Below are positions 31,574-41,447 of a DNA stretch of 64,000 nucleotides, in pieces. The notes under the pieces are model-generated. The model did no database searches, was not told where the DNA came from, and saw only the letters and a list, made by a program, of their open reading frames with translations. Every line of letters starts with the position of its first letter. Position 1 is the stretch's first letter. Position numbers and translations under genes: made by a program. The stretch lies in contig OY729426.1 of NCBI GenBank assembly GCA_963422365.1, positions 544,001-608,000 on the forward strand. Reading direction: 5' to 3'. The DNA comes from Nitrospirales bacterium (lineage in GTDB: Bacteria; Nitrospirota; Nitrospiria; Nitrospirales; UBA8639).

Positions 31574-31687
31574 GCCTCGTTGAGACAATCTAGGCACACG
31601 ACGGTTGCCCTACATTTTCACTAACCGACTAGGCACATCCTTTCCCTGATTCTCCTGTAACCGACATCAAAAACCTACTCCCTCTCC

Positions 31688-32362
31688 ATGATTGCTCTCT
31701 CGTGTCACGATATCAGTAAGTCCTATGGGCACTTTCAGGTGTTACATCATATTCATTTGACCCTCGTTGAGGGTGAATGTTTTGCCCTGTTTGGACCCAA
31801 CGGTGCAGGCAAAACCACGTTGTTGAAAATATTGGCCACCCTTCAACGGCCCAGTACGGGACATTATGAAATTCTTGGCCTGAATGGGCTCAAGGAAAAA
31901 GACGCTATTCGAGCCGACCTCATTTTTTTAGCCCATGGCACGCATTTGTACGATGAGTTAAATGCCAAAGAAAATCTGGAGTTTGCCCTCGCCCTACGGG
32001 GGCAACGCCCCACGGACCGTGACGTGAAGCGGGTGTTAGACCGCGTGGCAATTGGCGCCTTTGCCGACATGAAGGTTCACCACTATTCCGCTGGGATGAA
32101 AAAACGGTTGGCATTGGCCAAAACCATGTTGGCGAAACCCAGACTCTTACTGCTGGACGAGCCATTTACCGCGCTCGATACGGCTGGGACTGAGATCCTG
32201 CGAGAGTATGTTCGGGAACGACTCTCGGAAAATGGCACCGTGCTCCTTTCCACGCATGATCACGACAAAACGCGTCCCATTGTCAGTCGGGCCGGCATAC
32301 TGCGGCAAGGGGCGTTACAGGAAATTGCCGCCGAGGCACTAAAGTCAGATGACCTCTTTTAA
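31688..32362 (+). CDS. ccmA: Heme ABC exporter ATP-binding subunit
   Basis: GPNGAGKTT, YSAGMKKR, LLLDEPFTALD; operon context. Confidence 0.92.
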   Translation: MIALSCHDISKSYGHFQVLHHIHLTLVEGECFALFGPNGAGKTTLLKILATLQRPSTGHYEILGLNGLKEKDAIRADLIFLAHGTHLYDELNAKENLEFALALRGQRPTDRDVKRVLDRVAIGAFADMKVHHYSAGMKKRLALAKTMLAKPRLLLLDEPFTALDTAGTEILREYVRERLSENGTVLLSTHDHDKTRPIVSRAGILRQGALQEIAAEALKSDDLF

Positions 32363-33026
32363 TGTCATCCGCTGGATCATATGGAAGGATTTCGTCACCG
32401 AGATGCGAAGCCGAGAGACGATCTCCTCTATGGTGTTTTTTGCCCTCATCGTGATCTTGATTTTCAGCTTTAGCTTTTCCATGGACCAGCAAGCCGCGCG
32501 CGAAGTCATCGCGGGTATCATGTGGGTCGCCTTTGCGTTTACCGGTATGATCGGGTTAGGAAAGTCGTTTTCTACCGAGCTCCAGAATGATTGCCTGGAA
32601 GCCTTGCAAATGGTGCCGGAGTCCAAGGGGGCTATCTACCTTGGAAAGGTCGCGGCGAATTTTGCCTTCATGTTCGTGGTAGAAATCATTTTATTTCCGA
32701 TGTTTGTGATCCTTTTCAACTTGGAAGTCGTTGAAGAGATTCCGCTCCTTCTGTTAATATTTTTACTGGCAACTCTGGGACTGTCCGCCATAGGAACGCT
32801 GTTTTCAGCTCTGACGGTGCAAATTCGGGCACGTGAAGTGATGCTCCCGATCCTACTCCTTCCCTTGGTGGTTCCCGTCATGATCGCTGCGGTCGAAGCC
32901 ACAAAGGGAGCCCTCAATGGAGAGCCGCTGCCCCTGTACGGACAGTGGCTGGAACTCCTAGCCGTGTACGATGTGGTCTTTACGATCGCATCGTTTTGGA
33001 TGTTTGAATTCGTGATGGATTCATAA
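32349..33026 (+). CDS. ccmB: Heme exporter membrane subunit
   Basis: WKDF..E.RSRE, YLGK, REVMLPILLLPL; six TM segments. Confidence 0.93.
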   Translation: MTSFNVIRWIIWKDFVTEMRSRETISSMVFFALIVILIFSFSFSMDQQAAREVIAGIMWVAFAFTGMIGLGKSFSTELQNDCLEALQMVPESKGAIYLGKVAANFAFMFVVEIILFPMFVILFNLEVVEEIPLLLLIFLLATLGLSAIGTLFSALTVQIRAREVMLPILLLPLVVPVMIAAVEATKGALNGEPLPLYGQWLELLAVYDVVFTIASFWMFEFVMDS

Positions 33027-33032
33027 GCCGCG

Positions 33033-33761
33033 ATGACCATTCATCGGGTTATCCGTACCGTACAACGGTTTCAAGGTTGGGTTGGAGGAGGAGCGGCCCT
33101 GTGTCTCGGTGTCGGGCTCTACCTCGGACTCATTGGTTCCCCGCCGGACTATTACCAAGGCGAAGTGGTGCGGATTATGTATATTCATGTCCCCCTCGCC
33201 CATACGTCCCTTCTTGGATATACCGTGTTGGCAATAGGAAGCCTGTGGTATTTGTGGAAACGAGACCCGATTGTCGACAACATGTGCCAAGCCGTGGCAG
33301 CCCTCAGTGCCACCTTTACCGCACTTGCGCTCTTGACCGGGATGATTTGGGGGAAACCCACGTGGGACACCTGGTGGACATGGGACGCTCGCCTGACCTC
33401 CTTTACGGTGTTATTATTGATTTTGTTTGGCTATCTCATGCTGCGAACCTTTGTTGATGATCCCGAGAAAGAAGCTCGCTATGGCGCCGTCCTAGCCATT
33501 ATCGGGTTCGTCGATCTCCCGATTATTCATTTTTCAGTGGAATGGTGGCGAACGCTGCACCAACCGCAATCTATTTCTATGCGTGGGGTAAGCATTTCTT
33601 CAGGCCTCTTGACGCCCTTGTTATTGATGAGCATCGGTATGTCCTTACTGTTCTCGTATATGGTCATGGTCCGCACGCAGTTACTCTATCTCGACCAATT
33701 GCTGCACGCGAAAAAAGGACGCCTCTTGAGCCAGTTTCACCTGTCGAAATCCGATTCATGA
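33033..33761 (+). CDS. ccmC: Heme exporter/chaperone loading subunit
   Basis: RIMYIHVP, WGKPTWDTWWTWDARLT (WWD domain), WWRTLHQ. Confidence 0.95.
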   Translation: MTIHRVIRTVQRFQGWVGGGAALCLGVGLYLGLIGSPPDYYQGEVVRIMYIHVPLAHTSLLGYTVLAIGSLWYLWKRDPIVDNMCQAVAALSATFTALALLTGMIWGKPTWDTWWTWDARLTSFTVLLLILFGYLMLRTFVDDPEKEARYGAVLAIIGFVDLPIIHFSVEWWRTLHQPQSISMRGVSISSGLLTPLLLMSIGMSLLFSYMVMVRTQLLYLDQLLHAKKGRLLSQFHLSKSDS

Positions 33762-34243
33762 CGAATTTGTATATCCGATGGGGCGGAGTGCTCATTGTCG
33801 CGATGGTGTTACTCGTTCTCACCTCTAAGCACTATCGAGACCACTTAGTCAGCATGGCCCCTCAACAGGTCAAACAGGAGGCACCCACGGGCGAAATCCG
33901 AGTATTGGGCATGGTGCAAAATGGAACGCTCACGGCGACCGGTAAAGCAGGAGAAGCCACCTTCACCCTGCTTGGCAATGGCACGTCTCTTCCGGTTCAC
34001 TATCAAGGCCCACCCCCCGATAATCTTCGGGAATTAAAAATCCTGGTCTTGATCGGGACCTGGAATGCTTCGACTCAGGTCTTCAAGGCCCGTGATATTG
34101 GAATAGTCCCGAACTATGGATTTATTGCCGGCGCCTACCTCATCGGCCTCTTGCCTTTGGCGATTTTTCTGTTTGCCATGAGTCGGCGCGTCAGCTTCTT
34201 GTATGAAGACATTAAAACCTCCAAACTGTACGAGGAAGAGTGA
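33758..34243 (+). CDS. CcmE-like OB-fold protein lacking the heme-binding His, with CcmD-like C-terminal TM tail
   Basis: ATGA overlap with ccmC; IRVLGMV..GT, LPVHYQGPPPDNLRE, FKARDI; no HxxxY; tail YGFIAGAYLIG...RR. Confidence 0.7.
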   Translation: MTNLYIRWGGVLIVAMVLLVLTSKHYRDHLVSMAPQQVKQEAPTGEIRVLGMVQNGTLTATGKAGEATFTLLGNGTSLPVHYQGPPPDNLRELKILVLIGTWNASTQVFKARDIGIVPNYGFIAGAYLIGLLPLAIFLFAMSRRVSFLYEDIKTSKLYEEE

Positions 34244-34282
34244 CAAGGCACGAGAAAAAGGGAGAGGATTAAGGTGAGGGTA

Positions 34283-34660
34283 ATGAATGCCCCATCAAAG
34301 GCACGAGACCTTCGGCGGCACTCAACTAATGCCGAACTGGTACTGTGGATGCATCTTCGAAACCTGCCAACTGGCAGGATGTAAGTTTCGCCGACAAGTG
34401 CCCATTGGCGAGGATATCGTTGACTTTGTTTGCTTCGAAAGAAAAGTGGTCATTGAGGTGGATGGCGGTCACCACCAAAAGCCTCAGTACGACACTGATC
34501 GGACGACCTGGCTAGAGTCTCAAGGCTTCCAGGTGGTGCGGTTTTGGAATCACGAAGTCCTGACCACTGACGTGGAAGCTATACAGGAGGAGCTTCTTGT
34601 GGCCTTGCGGAGAGATTCATCTCTCCCTACTCACCCTCTCCCGTCAAGGGGAGAGGGTGA
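34283..34660 (+). pseudogene. DUF559 (Vsr-like PD-(D/E)XK) endonuclease, frameshifted, flanked by GGGAGAGG/CCTCTCCC palindromic elements
   Basis: KARDLRRHSTNAELVLWMHLR in one frame, GCKFRRQVPIG..IVDFVC..VIEVDGGHH..GFQVVRFWNHEV in +1 frame; no stop before ccmE. Confidence 0.85.
34631..34660. repeat. Perfect 12-bp hairpin, REP-like
   Basis: TCACCCTCTCCC-GTCAAG-GGGAGAGGGTGA. Confidence 0.85.
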
Positions 34661-34676
34661 AAAGTGTGAAGCGAAA

Positions 34677-35132
34677 ATGATGTTAGAAAAGAAAAAGGTC
34701 GGAATGATGGTCAGCATCCTTTTGGTGGGCGGAGCCTTAGTGTACCTTGCCCTGGGGAATTTTAGTGAAAACGTGGTATACTTTTTTACCCCCTCTGAAG
34801 TGAAAGTTTTTTCCCCAGACTACTATCAGAAGAAGGTGCGCGTGGGTGGCATGGTCGTCGAAGGAAGCATGGAGACGTATCCTGATCGCCTCGGGTTGAC
34901 CTTTCAGTTGACTGATGGGGACGCCACGATTCCCGTGACCTTCGAGGGCATTCCACCGGATCTTTTCAAAGAAGGACAAGGCGCCGTGGTCGAAGGGTAT
35001 TGGACCGGCAAACATCGATTCCAATCCAACCTGATCATGGCCAAACATTCCGAAGACTACATGCCTATTGAATTAAAACGCGCGGGAGTCGAGCTGCCTC
35101 GCAAGGACTTCATGAAATCGTTGGTGGAATAA
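34677..35132 (+). CDS. ccmE: Heme chaperone CcmE
   Basis: N-terminal TM, VYFFTPSE, VRVGGMV, PDLFKEGQGAVVEG, AKHSEDY (HxxxY). Confidence 0.95.
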   Translation: MMLEKKKVGMMVSILLVGGALVYLALGNFSENVVYFFTPSEVKVFSPDYYQKKVRVGGMVVEGSMETYPDRLGLTFQLTDGDATIPVTFEGIPPDLFKEGQGAVVEGYWTGKHRFQSNLIMAKHSEDYMPIELKRAGVELPRKDFMKSLVE

Positions 35133-35166
35133 GGCCAAAACCACCACGCCCCGGTAAAAGAATCCC

Positions 35167-37116
35167 ATGATCATTGAAATCGGACAATTTTCCGTTGTCA
35201 TTGCCTTAGTCCTTTCCGTCTTCGGCATTGTCTCGTCCTGTCTGGCGCTCAAGACGCGCAATGCGGACTGGGTACGCGTGGGACGCATGGCCTTGACACT
35301 CATTTTTATTCTCCTGTCCCTGGGCATGGCCGCGTTGATCTATTCGTTCCTCGCTCGTGACTTTTCCGTCCACTACGTCGCAACCAATTCGAATTCACAA
35401 CTCCCCTTGTTTTATACCATCGCGGCGGTCTGGGGTGGCCATGAAGGCTCCCTGCTGTTGTGGGTCTTTATTCTGTCGGCGTTCAGTACGATTGCCGTCT
35501 GGCTCCATTGGCGAACCCAGCCAGCCATCATGCCGTACCTCATCGGCATGGAATGCCTGGTCATCTTGGGATTCCTTCTCTTGATTCTCTTTCTCTCGAG
35601 CCCCTTTGATCGACTGATCCCCGCCCCGCCGGATGGGAAGGATTTAAACCCGTTACTCCAAGACCCGGCCATGGTCATGCACCCTCCGATGTTGTACATG
35701 GGCTACGTCGGGTTTTCAATTCCCTTTTCCTTTGCCATGGCGGCGTTGTTCTCCGGTCGGCTGGGAGAAGAATGGATCAAAGTCACCCAACGGTGGACGA
35801 TTTTCGCATGGGTGTGCCTGACCACGGGCATTCTATTGGGTGGCTACTGGGCCTATTATGAATTGGGCTGGGGCGGCTACTGGGGATGGGACCCGGTGGA
35901 GAATGCCTCGTTTATGCCGTGGTTGGTTGGGACCGCCTTCCTGCATTCCGTGATGGTTCAGGAAAAGCGAAAGATGTTTAAAGTCTGGAATCTCTTCCTG
36001 ATTATCGTGACGTTTTCGCTTTCGTTGATTGGCACGTTCCTGGTTCGAAGCGGGGTCCTCACGTCAGTCCATACGTTTGCGACCGATCCGGAACGAGGGT
36101 TATACATCTTAATTTTTGTGACCACGATCATCGGTGTGGCCTTTGGTGCCTTAATGCTGAGAGCCCACAAGCTGAAAAGTCAGATCGAAATGGATTCCAT
36201 GGTGTCGCGGGAATTGGTGTTTCTCTTCAATAATTTATTTTTCTTGGTGGCGGCGGCTACCGTCTTTCTTGGCACCCTGTATCCGTTAATGATCGAAACC
36301 TGGAAAGGGGCGAAGGTCACCGTCGGACCTCCGTATTACAACACGGTGTTTATGCCGATCGCACTCGGGCTCTTGTTTTTGATGGGGGTCGGGCCCTACA
36401 TTCCATGGCGCAAGGCGTCCCAGGCCAGTTTAAAGAAAAATTTTCCAGTCCCCGTCGGCGTTGGAGTCGTGTCGACCATTGTGTTGTTCGCGTTAGGCAT
36501 TCACAGTGTCTTTGCGTTGGCCGGCGCGTTCGTCGTGGGCTTTTCCGGCGCCGCCATCTTTATCGACATTGGAAAAATTTCCTCGCTGTATGCTCGACGA
36601 GAGTCCGTCAACCCGCTAAAGGGTTTTCTGTCGGCTTTTACCGCCAACCAACGTCGCTACTCGGGTCTTGTGACCCATGTAGGCGTCCTGGTCTTGGTCA
36701 TCGGCATTATTTCGTCAACCGTGTATCAAACGGAAAAGGTGGTGTCGTTACGCGTAGGGGATGAGTTCGTCATCGATGACTATCGGGTGAAACTCGAGCG
36801 GATTCATACCGTAAGAGGAAAAAACTGGAGTGCGCAGGAAGGCGTGTTTGAACTGTATGAAGGCGACACGCTGCTCACCAAATTACGCCCTCAGAAGCGC
36901 GTGTACGATGCTTCGCAAACCCCGACGACCGAATCTGCCATTTACGCAAAAAACATGGGGCATATTTTTCTCACGATGCCGGATGTGTCCGCCGATGGGG
37001 TGGCGGTCGCTCGAGGCGTGATTAACCCACTGATCCTGTGGGTATGGGGCGGCGGCGGCATCATGGGACTCGGGGTCTTGCTCAATATTTTCCGACCACG
37101 AAGACGGGATGAATAA
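35167..37116 (+). CDS. ccmF: Cytochrome c heme lyase subunit
   Basis: WGGHEGSLLLW, LNPLLQ, HPPMLYMGY, WAYYELGWGGYWGWDPVENAS, SVHTFA. Confidence 0.97.
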   Translation: MIIEIGQFSVVIALVLSVFGIVSSCLALKTRNADWVRVGRMALTLIFILLSLGMAALIYSFLARDFSVHYVATNSNSQLPLFYTIAAVWGGHEGSLLLWVFILSAFSTIAVWLHWRTQPAIMPYLIGMECLVILGFLLLILFLSSPFDRLIPAPPDGKDLNPLLQDPAMVMHPPMLYMGYVGFSIPFSFAMAALFSGRLGEEWIKVTQRWTIFAWVCLTTGILLGGYWAYYELGWGGYWGWDPVENASFMPWLVGTAFLHSVMVQEKRKMFKVWNLFLIIVTFSLSLIGTFLVRSGVLTSVHTFATDPERGLYILIFVTTIIGVAFGALMLRAHKLKSQIEMDSMVSRELVFLFNNLFFLVAAATVFLGTLYPLMIETWKGAKVTVGPPYYNTVFMPIALGLLFLMGVGPYIPWRKASQASLKKNFPVPVGVGVVSTIVLFALGIHSVFALAGAFVVGFSGAAIFIDIGKISSLYARRESVNPLKGFLSAFTANQRRYSGLVTHVGVLVLVIGIISSTVYQTEKVVSLRVGDEFVIDDYRVKLERIHTVRGKNWSAQEGVFELYEGDTLLTKLRPQKRVYDASQTPTTESAIYAKNMGHIFLTMPDVSADGVAVARGVINPLILWVWGGGGIMGLGVLLNIFRPRRRDE

Positions 37117-37231
37117 TGTGCCCTTGTTCCTCTTCTCCTCACTCATGTGTCATCCCTCCCCTTTGTTAGGAGAGGCCAGGAGGAGTAGGGGATTTTTGCT
37201 TTCCAATTGCTCTTAGCCTTGTCGCTGTCTC

Positions 37232-37810
37232 ATGACTCGCACCACGCAGATCACCATTCTTGTCGTGCTCTTAGCCCTACTTTCTTTGTTTTACCAGGGG
37301 TTGTGGGGCGATCCACGGCATATCCCGCCGGTCCTGGTGGACACCCACGCTCCCGCATTCGAGGGTCCCAATGTGGAATCCGGCGAACTGTTGTCCTCCG
37401 AACGGTACAAAGGCAAAGTCATTGTCGTAAACTTTTGGGCTTCCTGGTGTCAGGAATGTAAGGTCGAGCATGAGAATCTGCTGAGACTGTACGAGGAATT
37501 TAAGGATCACCCCGAATTTGTGATGCTGGGGATCAACTACCAGGACGAGATACCCAAGGCTCGGGAGTATTTACAACGCTATGGGTCAAGTTTTCCGCAT
37601 ATTCAAGATGTCAAAGGCTCGTTAGCCATTGATTTTGGTGTCTACGGAGTGCCGGAAACGTTCGTCATCGACCAAGAAGGAATCATTCGCCATAAATGGA
37701 TCGGGCCGATCGTGGATCCTGTCTATACCGATCTTACGCAAAACGTTCTGACCCCATTATTACACGGCTCAGACAACCCCCTTCGACAGGGCTCAGGGCA
37801 GGCAACTTGA
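37232..37810 (+). CDS. ccmG: Periplasmic thioredoxin CcmG/DsbE
   Basis: VNFWASWCQECKVEH, FGVYGVPETFVID. Confidence 0.9.
   Translation: MTRTTQITILVVLLALLSLFYQGLWGDPRHIPPVLVDTHAPAFEGPNVESGELLSSERYKGKVIVVNFWASWCQECKVEHENLLRLYEEFKDHPEFVMLGINYQDEIPKAREYLQRYGSSFPHIQDVKGSLAIDFGVYGVPETFVIDQEGIIRHKWIGPIVDPVYTDLTQNVLTPLLHGSDNPLRQGSGQAT
37779..37804. repeat. CCCTTCGACA.GCTCAGG-type REP-like element inside ccmG 3' end
   Basis: 17-nt AGGGCTCAGGGCAGGCA identical to 60609-60625. Confidence 0.65.
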
Positions 37811-38281
37811 ATGTTTCGTCTCTTCCCCATTCTGATCATTCTGTGTTTCGTCTCCCCCTTTGCAGGCATGGCCAAAGTCGTGGATGAATCAGAGATTGAT
37901 GAAAAAGTGCGCGACATTGCCAAAACGCTTCGATGCGCCGTGTGCCAGACCGAAAATATTTGGGAGTCGGGCGCACCTCTGGCCCATCAGATGCGGGAAG
38001 CCATTCGAGAACGCGTGATTCAAGGCCAATCCGCTGAGGACATTTTGGCTTATTTTCACAGCCGCTATGGCAATTACATCATGATGGAACCACCGAAACA
38101 GGGATTGAATTGGCTGATCTGGTTGGCCCCGTTTCTTTTGCTATTCGGCGGTAGCGCCTTATTATGGAGAGAAGTCAAAGGATGGGTGAGCAGAACCCCT
38201 GCGCCTCAGCCACAAACACCCCCCACGCTTGATGAAGCATCCCGACGACGAATCGAGCGAGCATTGCACCAGCATAAATGA
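37811..38281 (+). CDS. ccmH: Cytochrome c biogenesis protein CcmH
   Basis: LRCAVCQ, SRYGNYI..PP, LIWLAP. Confidence 0.93.
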   Translation: MFRLFPILIILCFVSPFAGMAKVVDESEIDEKVRDIAKTLRCAVCQTENIWESGAPLAHQMREAIRERVIQGQSAEDILAYFHSRYGNYIMMEPPKQGLNWLIWLAPFLLLFGGSALLWREVKGWVSRTPAPQPQTPPTLDEASRRRIERALHQHK

Positions 38282-38333
38282 AATGACCTCTTGTTAGCCG
38301 TTCCACGCGCCAAACTGCCCTAAAAAAAGCTTC

Positions 38334-39254
38334 ATGTCGACCATCTTCCTCATTGTCTGTCTCACGATCCTCATCGTGGTAATTACAGGGATTTCTTCTC
38401 CTTTTTGGCGGAAGGACCCCACAACGTCAGGGCTGATTGGTCAGGAAGCCGAGGAAGATCAAGAACAGGCCGATCTCTCTGTCGAGCACGAGGTCCTTCT
38501 GCAATCACTCCAAGAACTCGACGTCGAATTGGCGCAAGGTCGGTTGGAACAAAAGGATTATGAGCGATTGAAAGCGACAGACGAACGGCGCTTGCTGGGA
38601 GTCTTGGATCGACTCGAAGCTCTTGCCTCAACCAGCCGCCTACCATCGTCATCCGACCAACCCAAGCAACCAGGAAGTGCCTGGGGCTCAGTGATCGCGG
38701 TCAGCCTAGTAGTGATCGTGTTGTCGATCGGGATCTATAGCTTTCTGCAATGGCGCACGATTAACCGGCTCGTGGAAATCCAAACCGAAATGGCTGACAA
38801 AATGCCGGATCCGCGAGAAATGGTCGCGCGATTGGAAGCCAGACTCAAAGAGAACCCCGATGACGTGCAAGGTCAGATGCTGGCCGGTCGCTCTTACATG
38901 GCCATGGACCGCTTCGATGAGGCGAAGAAAACCTATGAGAAAGTCTTAGAACTGGACCCTCGTAATCATGAAGCACATTACAATTTTGGCGTGATCATAA
39001 TCGAAGAACGAAAATTCGACGACCCTAAGGTCTTTGAGGCCGCGGTCAAGCATTTCGACATCGTGTTAGTCGATCGTCCCAACGAACCCGGGGTGAATTG
39101 GTATAAAGGGTTGGCCTTATGGTATTTGAAGCGGTATCGGGAAACCGAAGAATTTTGGGCCACCACCTATAACCATCTCGACCCCGGCAGCCAGGACGCC
39201 GAATTCGTCAAACAAGCCCTCGCCAAATTGCGTAACGGAGAGACGCCCTTTTAG
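38334..39254 (+). CDS. ccmI: CcmI/CycH-like TPR protein
   Basis: Two TM segments, ELD.ELAQG.L...DY, MVARLEARLKENPDD, TPRs. Confidence 0.8.
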   Translation: MSTIFLIVCLTILIVVITGISSPFWRKDPTTSGLIGQEAEEDQEQADLSVEHEVLLQSLQELDVELAQGRLEQKDYERLKATDERRLLGVLDRLEALASTSRLPSSSDQPKQPGSAWGSVIAVSLVVIVLSIGIYSFLQWRTINRLVEIQTEMADKMPDPREMVARLEARLKENPDDVQGQMLAGRSYMAMDRFDEAKKTYEKVLELDPRNHEAHYNFGVIIIEERKFDDPKVFEAAVKHFDIVLVDRPNEPGVNWYKGLALWYLKRYRETEEFWATTYNHLDPGSQDAEFVKQALAKLRNGETPF

Positions 39255-39323
39255 GTTCGTCCAAATTTCAGATCCATAATCCGGCAAGCATTCCCTCCTT
39301 GAAGCAGTGCCTCCGCCAGTCGA

Positions 39324-39354
39324 CACATGGCGAGCAAAGTCAGCTTGCCATGTG
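39324..39354. terminator. Hairpin between convergent ccmI and CopD-like gene
   Basis: CACATGGCGAGC / GCTTGCCATGTG 12-bp stem (one G.U); no clear U-tract. Confidence 0.45.
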
Positions 39355-39364
39355 CGAGGCCAGA

Positions 39365-39835
39365 TTAAATCTTCGCCAGATACGAAGCGACGAGAAGGAC
39401 CGCGAGGGTCATCACGATGATGGTTTTTTGCAGAGTATCGGCACGGGCAGGGGCGGCTAGTGGTGAGGACGCCTGCGAGGTGTCTTGAGATGAAGGCGCA
39501 TACGGATCGATAATGAAGTCGTGAATGAGGAGAAGCCCAAAGGCTATGGCAAACAGGAACAACTTCAGCATCAACACCACACCCCAGGTGGTTTCTATGC
39601 GGGCGGATCCGCTTTCATTCAACATCTGATACGAGCCGGTCAGAATCAAGATAATGAGACTCACCCACGCGACGGTTCGAAAGCGTCGGCCAGACAGGCG
39701 TACGACTTCCCGAGATTTTGAATCGGATGGAGTATTCCGTGCCGCGGGAGTGAGCACAAATTGGGAAAACATCAATCCGCCGATGAGGGCGATGGAAGCG
39801 GCGAGATGAAGCCAGGTAATCAGGTAATCAGGCAT
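39365..39835 (-). CDS. CopD/DUF4149-family membrane protein
   Basis: WLHLAASIALIGG, RFRTVAW, LTG, LKL, LIHDF; four TM segments. Confidence 0.75.
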   Translation of the reverse strand: MPDYLITWLHLAASIALIGGLMFSQFVLTPAARNTPSDSKSREVVRLSGRRFRTVAWVSLIILILTGSYQMLNESGSARIETTWGVVLMLKLFLFAIAFGLLLIHDFIIDPYAPSSQDTSQASSPLAAPARADTLQKTIIVMTLAVLLVASYLAKI

Positions 39836-40003
39836 AATCGCATGGAAGAAGCGTGTTCAACGGGAGGCAAGGTATTACCTACCAATGTTTTTGCCTTGGC
39901 AGCAACCCTATGACCCTGCATAACACGCATCTTCAAAAATTTTTCCGGTAGAATATGACCAGGCCCTATAAAAGGGAATCCGTGCCCTAAAGGAGATTCT
40001 CCG

Positions 40004-41348
40004 ATGAACCAACTCGCCACACTTCGCATGGCCGATCAAGCCATCATACTCCCCATCGCCACGAGAACCGAAGGTGAACAGGTGCTTGACGTCACAACAC
40101 TGCACGCCCAAACAGGACTCGCCACCTTTGACCCGTGGTACGTGAATACCGCCTCCTGTTCCAGCACCGTCACGTTTCTTGACAGAGACAAGGGATTCTT
40201 CGATATCGCGGCATTCCCATTGAGCAACTGGCCGAACATTCGAATTTTTTGGAGACCGCCTACCTTCTGATTGATGGAAGGCTACCCACCCAATACGAGT
40301 ATCAGATATTGACGAACGCCATCACCCGGCACACGCTGCTGCACGAAGACGTGAAACGTTTTTACGATGGGTTCCCTAAAGATGCGCACCCCATGTCCAT
40401 TCTGTCGGCTGTGACCGGCGCGCTTTCGATGTTTTATCAAGACAGCCACAACCCGACCGATCCTCAACAAGTCGAGTTCTCCACTCACCGTCTTCTTGTC
40501 AAAATCCCAACCATCGCCGCCTATTCCTATAAGAAGTCGATCGGGCAGCCCTTTGTCTATCCCGATAATGCGTTGGACTATTGTTCCAATTTTCTCCGCA
40601 TGATGTTTTCGGTTCCCTCCGAGCCATACACGGTGAATCCCATTGTGGCCAAAGCGTCGGACCTGTTGTTCATCCTCCATGCCGATCATGAGCAAAATTG
40701 CTCAACGTCCACGGTACGTCTCGTCGGATCGTCGCATGCGAATCTCTTTGCTTCCGTGTCTGCCGGCATCTATGCGTCGTGGGGACGACATGGCGGTGCG
40801 AATCAACAAGTGATGGAGATGCTCGAAACCATTCATGCCGACGGAGACAATGTGCGGAAAGATATCGATCTGGCCAAGGATCGGACCCATCCCTTCCGCC
40901 TTGCAGGGTTCGGCCACCGCGTCTACAAACACGATGACCCTCGGGCCAAAATGTTAAAACCGGCCTGCGAGCACATTCTGGCCACCTTCGGCATTCAGGA
41001 TCTGTTGCTCGAAATCGCCAAAATCTCGAAGAGATTGCTCTCAAGGATGACTTTTTCGTCTTAAACAAATTGTATCCGAACGTCGATTTTTACAGCGGGA
41101 TGATGTACAAAGCGATCGGGTTTCCCGTGAATATGTTCACGGTCTTGTTTGCGATTGGCCGATTACCGGGATGGACTGCCCATTGGCAGGAAATGATGCA
41201 GGAACCCTCTGTCAAAATCGGCAGGCCTCGTCAATTGTATACCGGCCCTTCCTTCACCGACTATGTGCCCATGGATCGAAGAAATGACGAAACCGCCCAT
41301 GCCGGGAAGGCTCGCATGAAAGACGAGGCACATCTCCACCCCTTGTAA
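40004..41348 (+). pseudogene. gltA: Citrate synthase (type II), frameshifted
   Basis: Three fragments; frameshifts near 40193 and 41021; [39 protein letters not shown]. Confidence 0.9.
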
Positions 41349-41447
41349 GAAGCGGTGAGGTGGGTAGAGCCGCGAGCAGAAAGCGCACATCATAGGCCAT
41401 TGAGACGGCATCCCTGTTCGGGGACTTGCCTTATGCCGCCAACAGCA

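Noticed and set aside
34287..35132. 281-aa DUF559-CcmE fusion protein in the ORF track
   Set aside because: The DUF559 N-terminus is in another frame and ccmE has its own ATG and N-terminal TM at 34677; best explained as pseudogene read-through.
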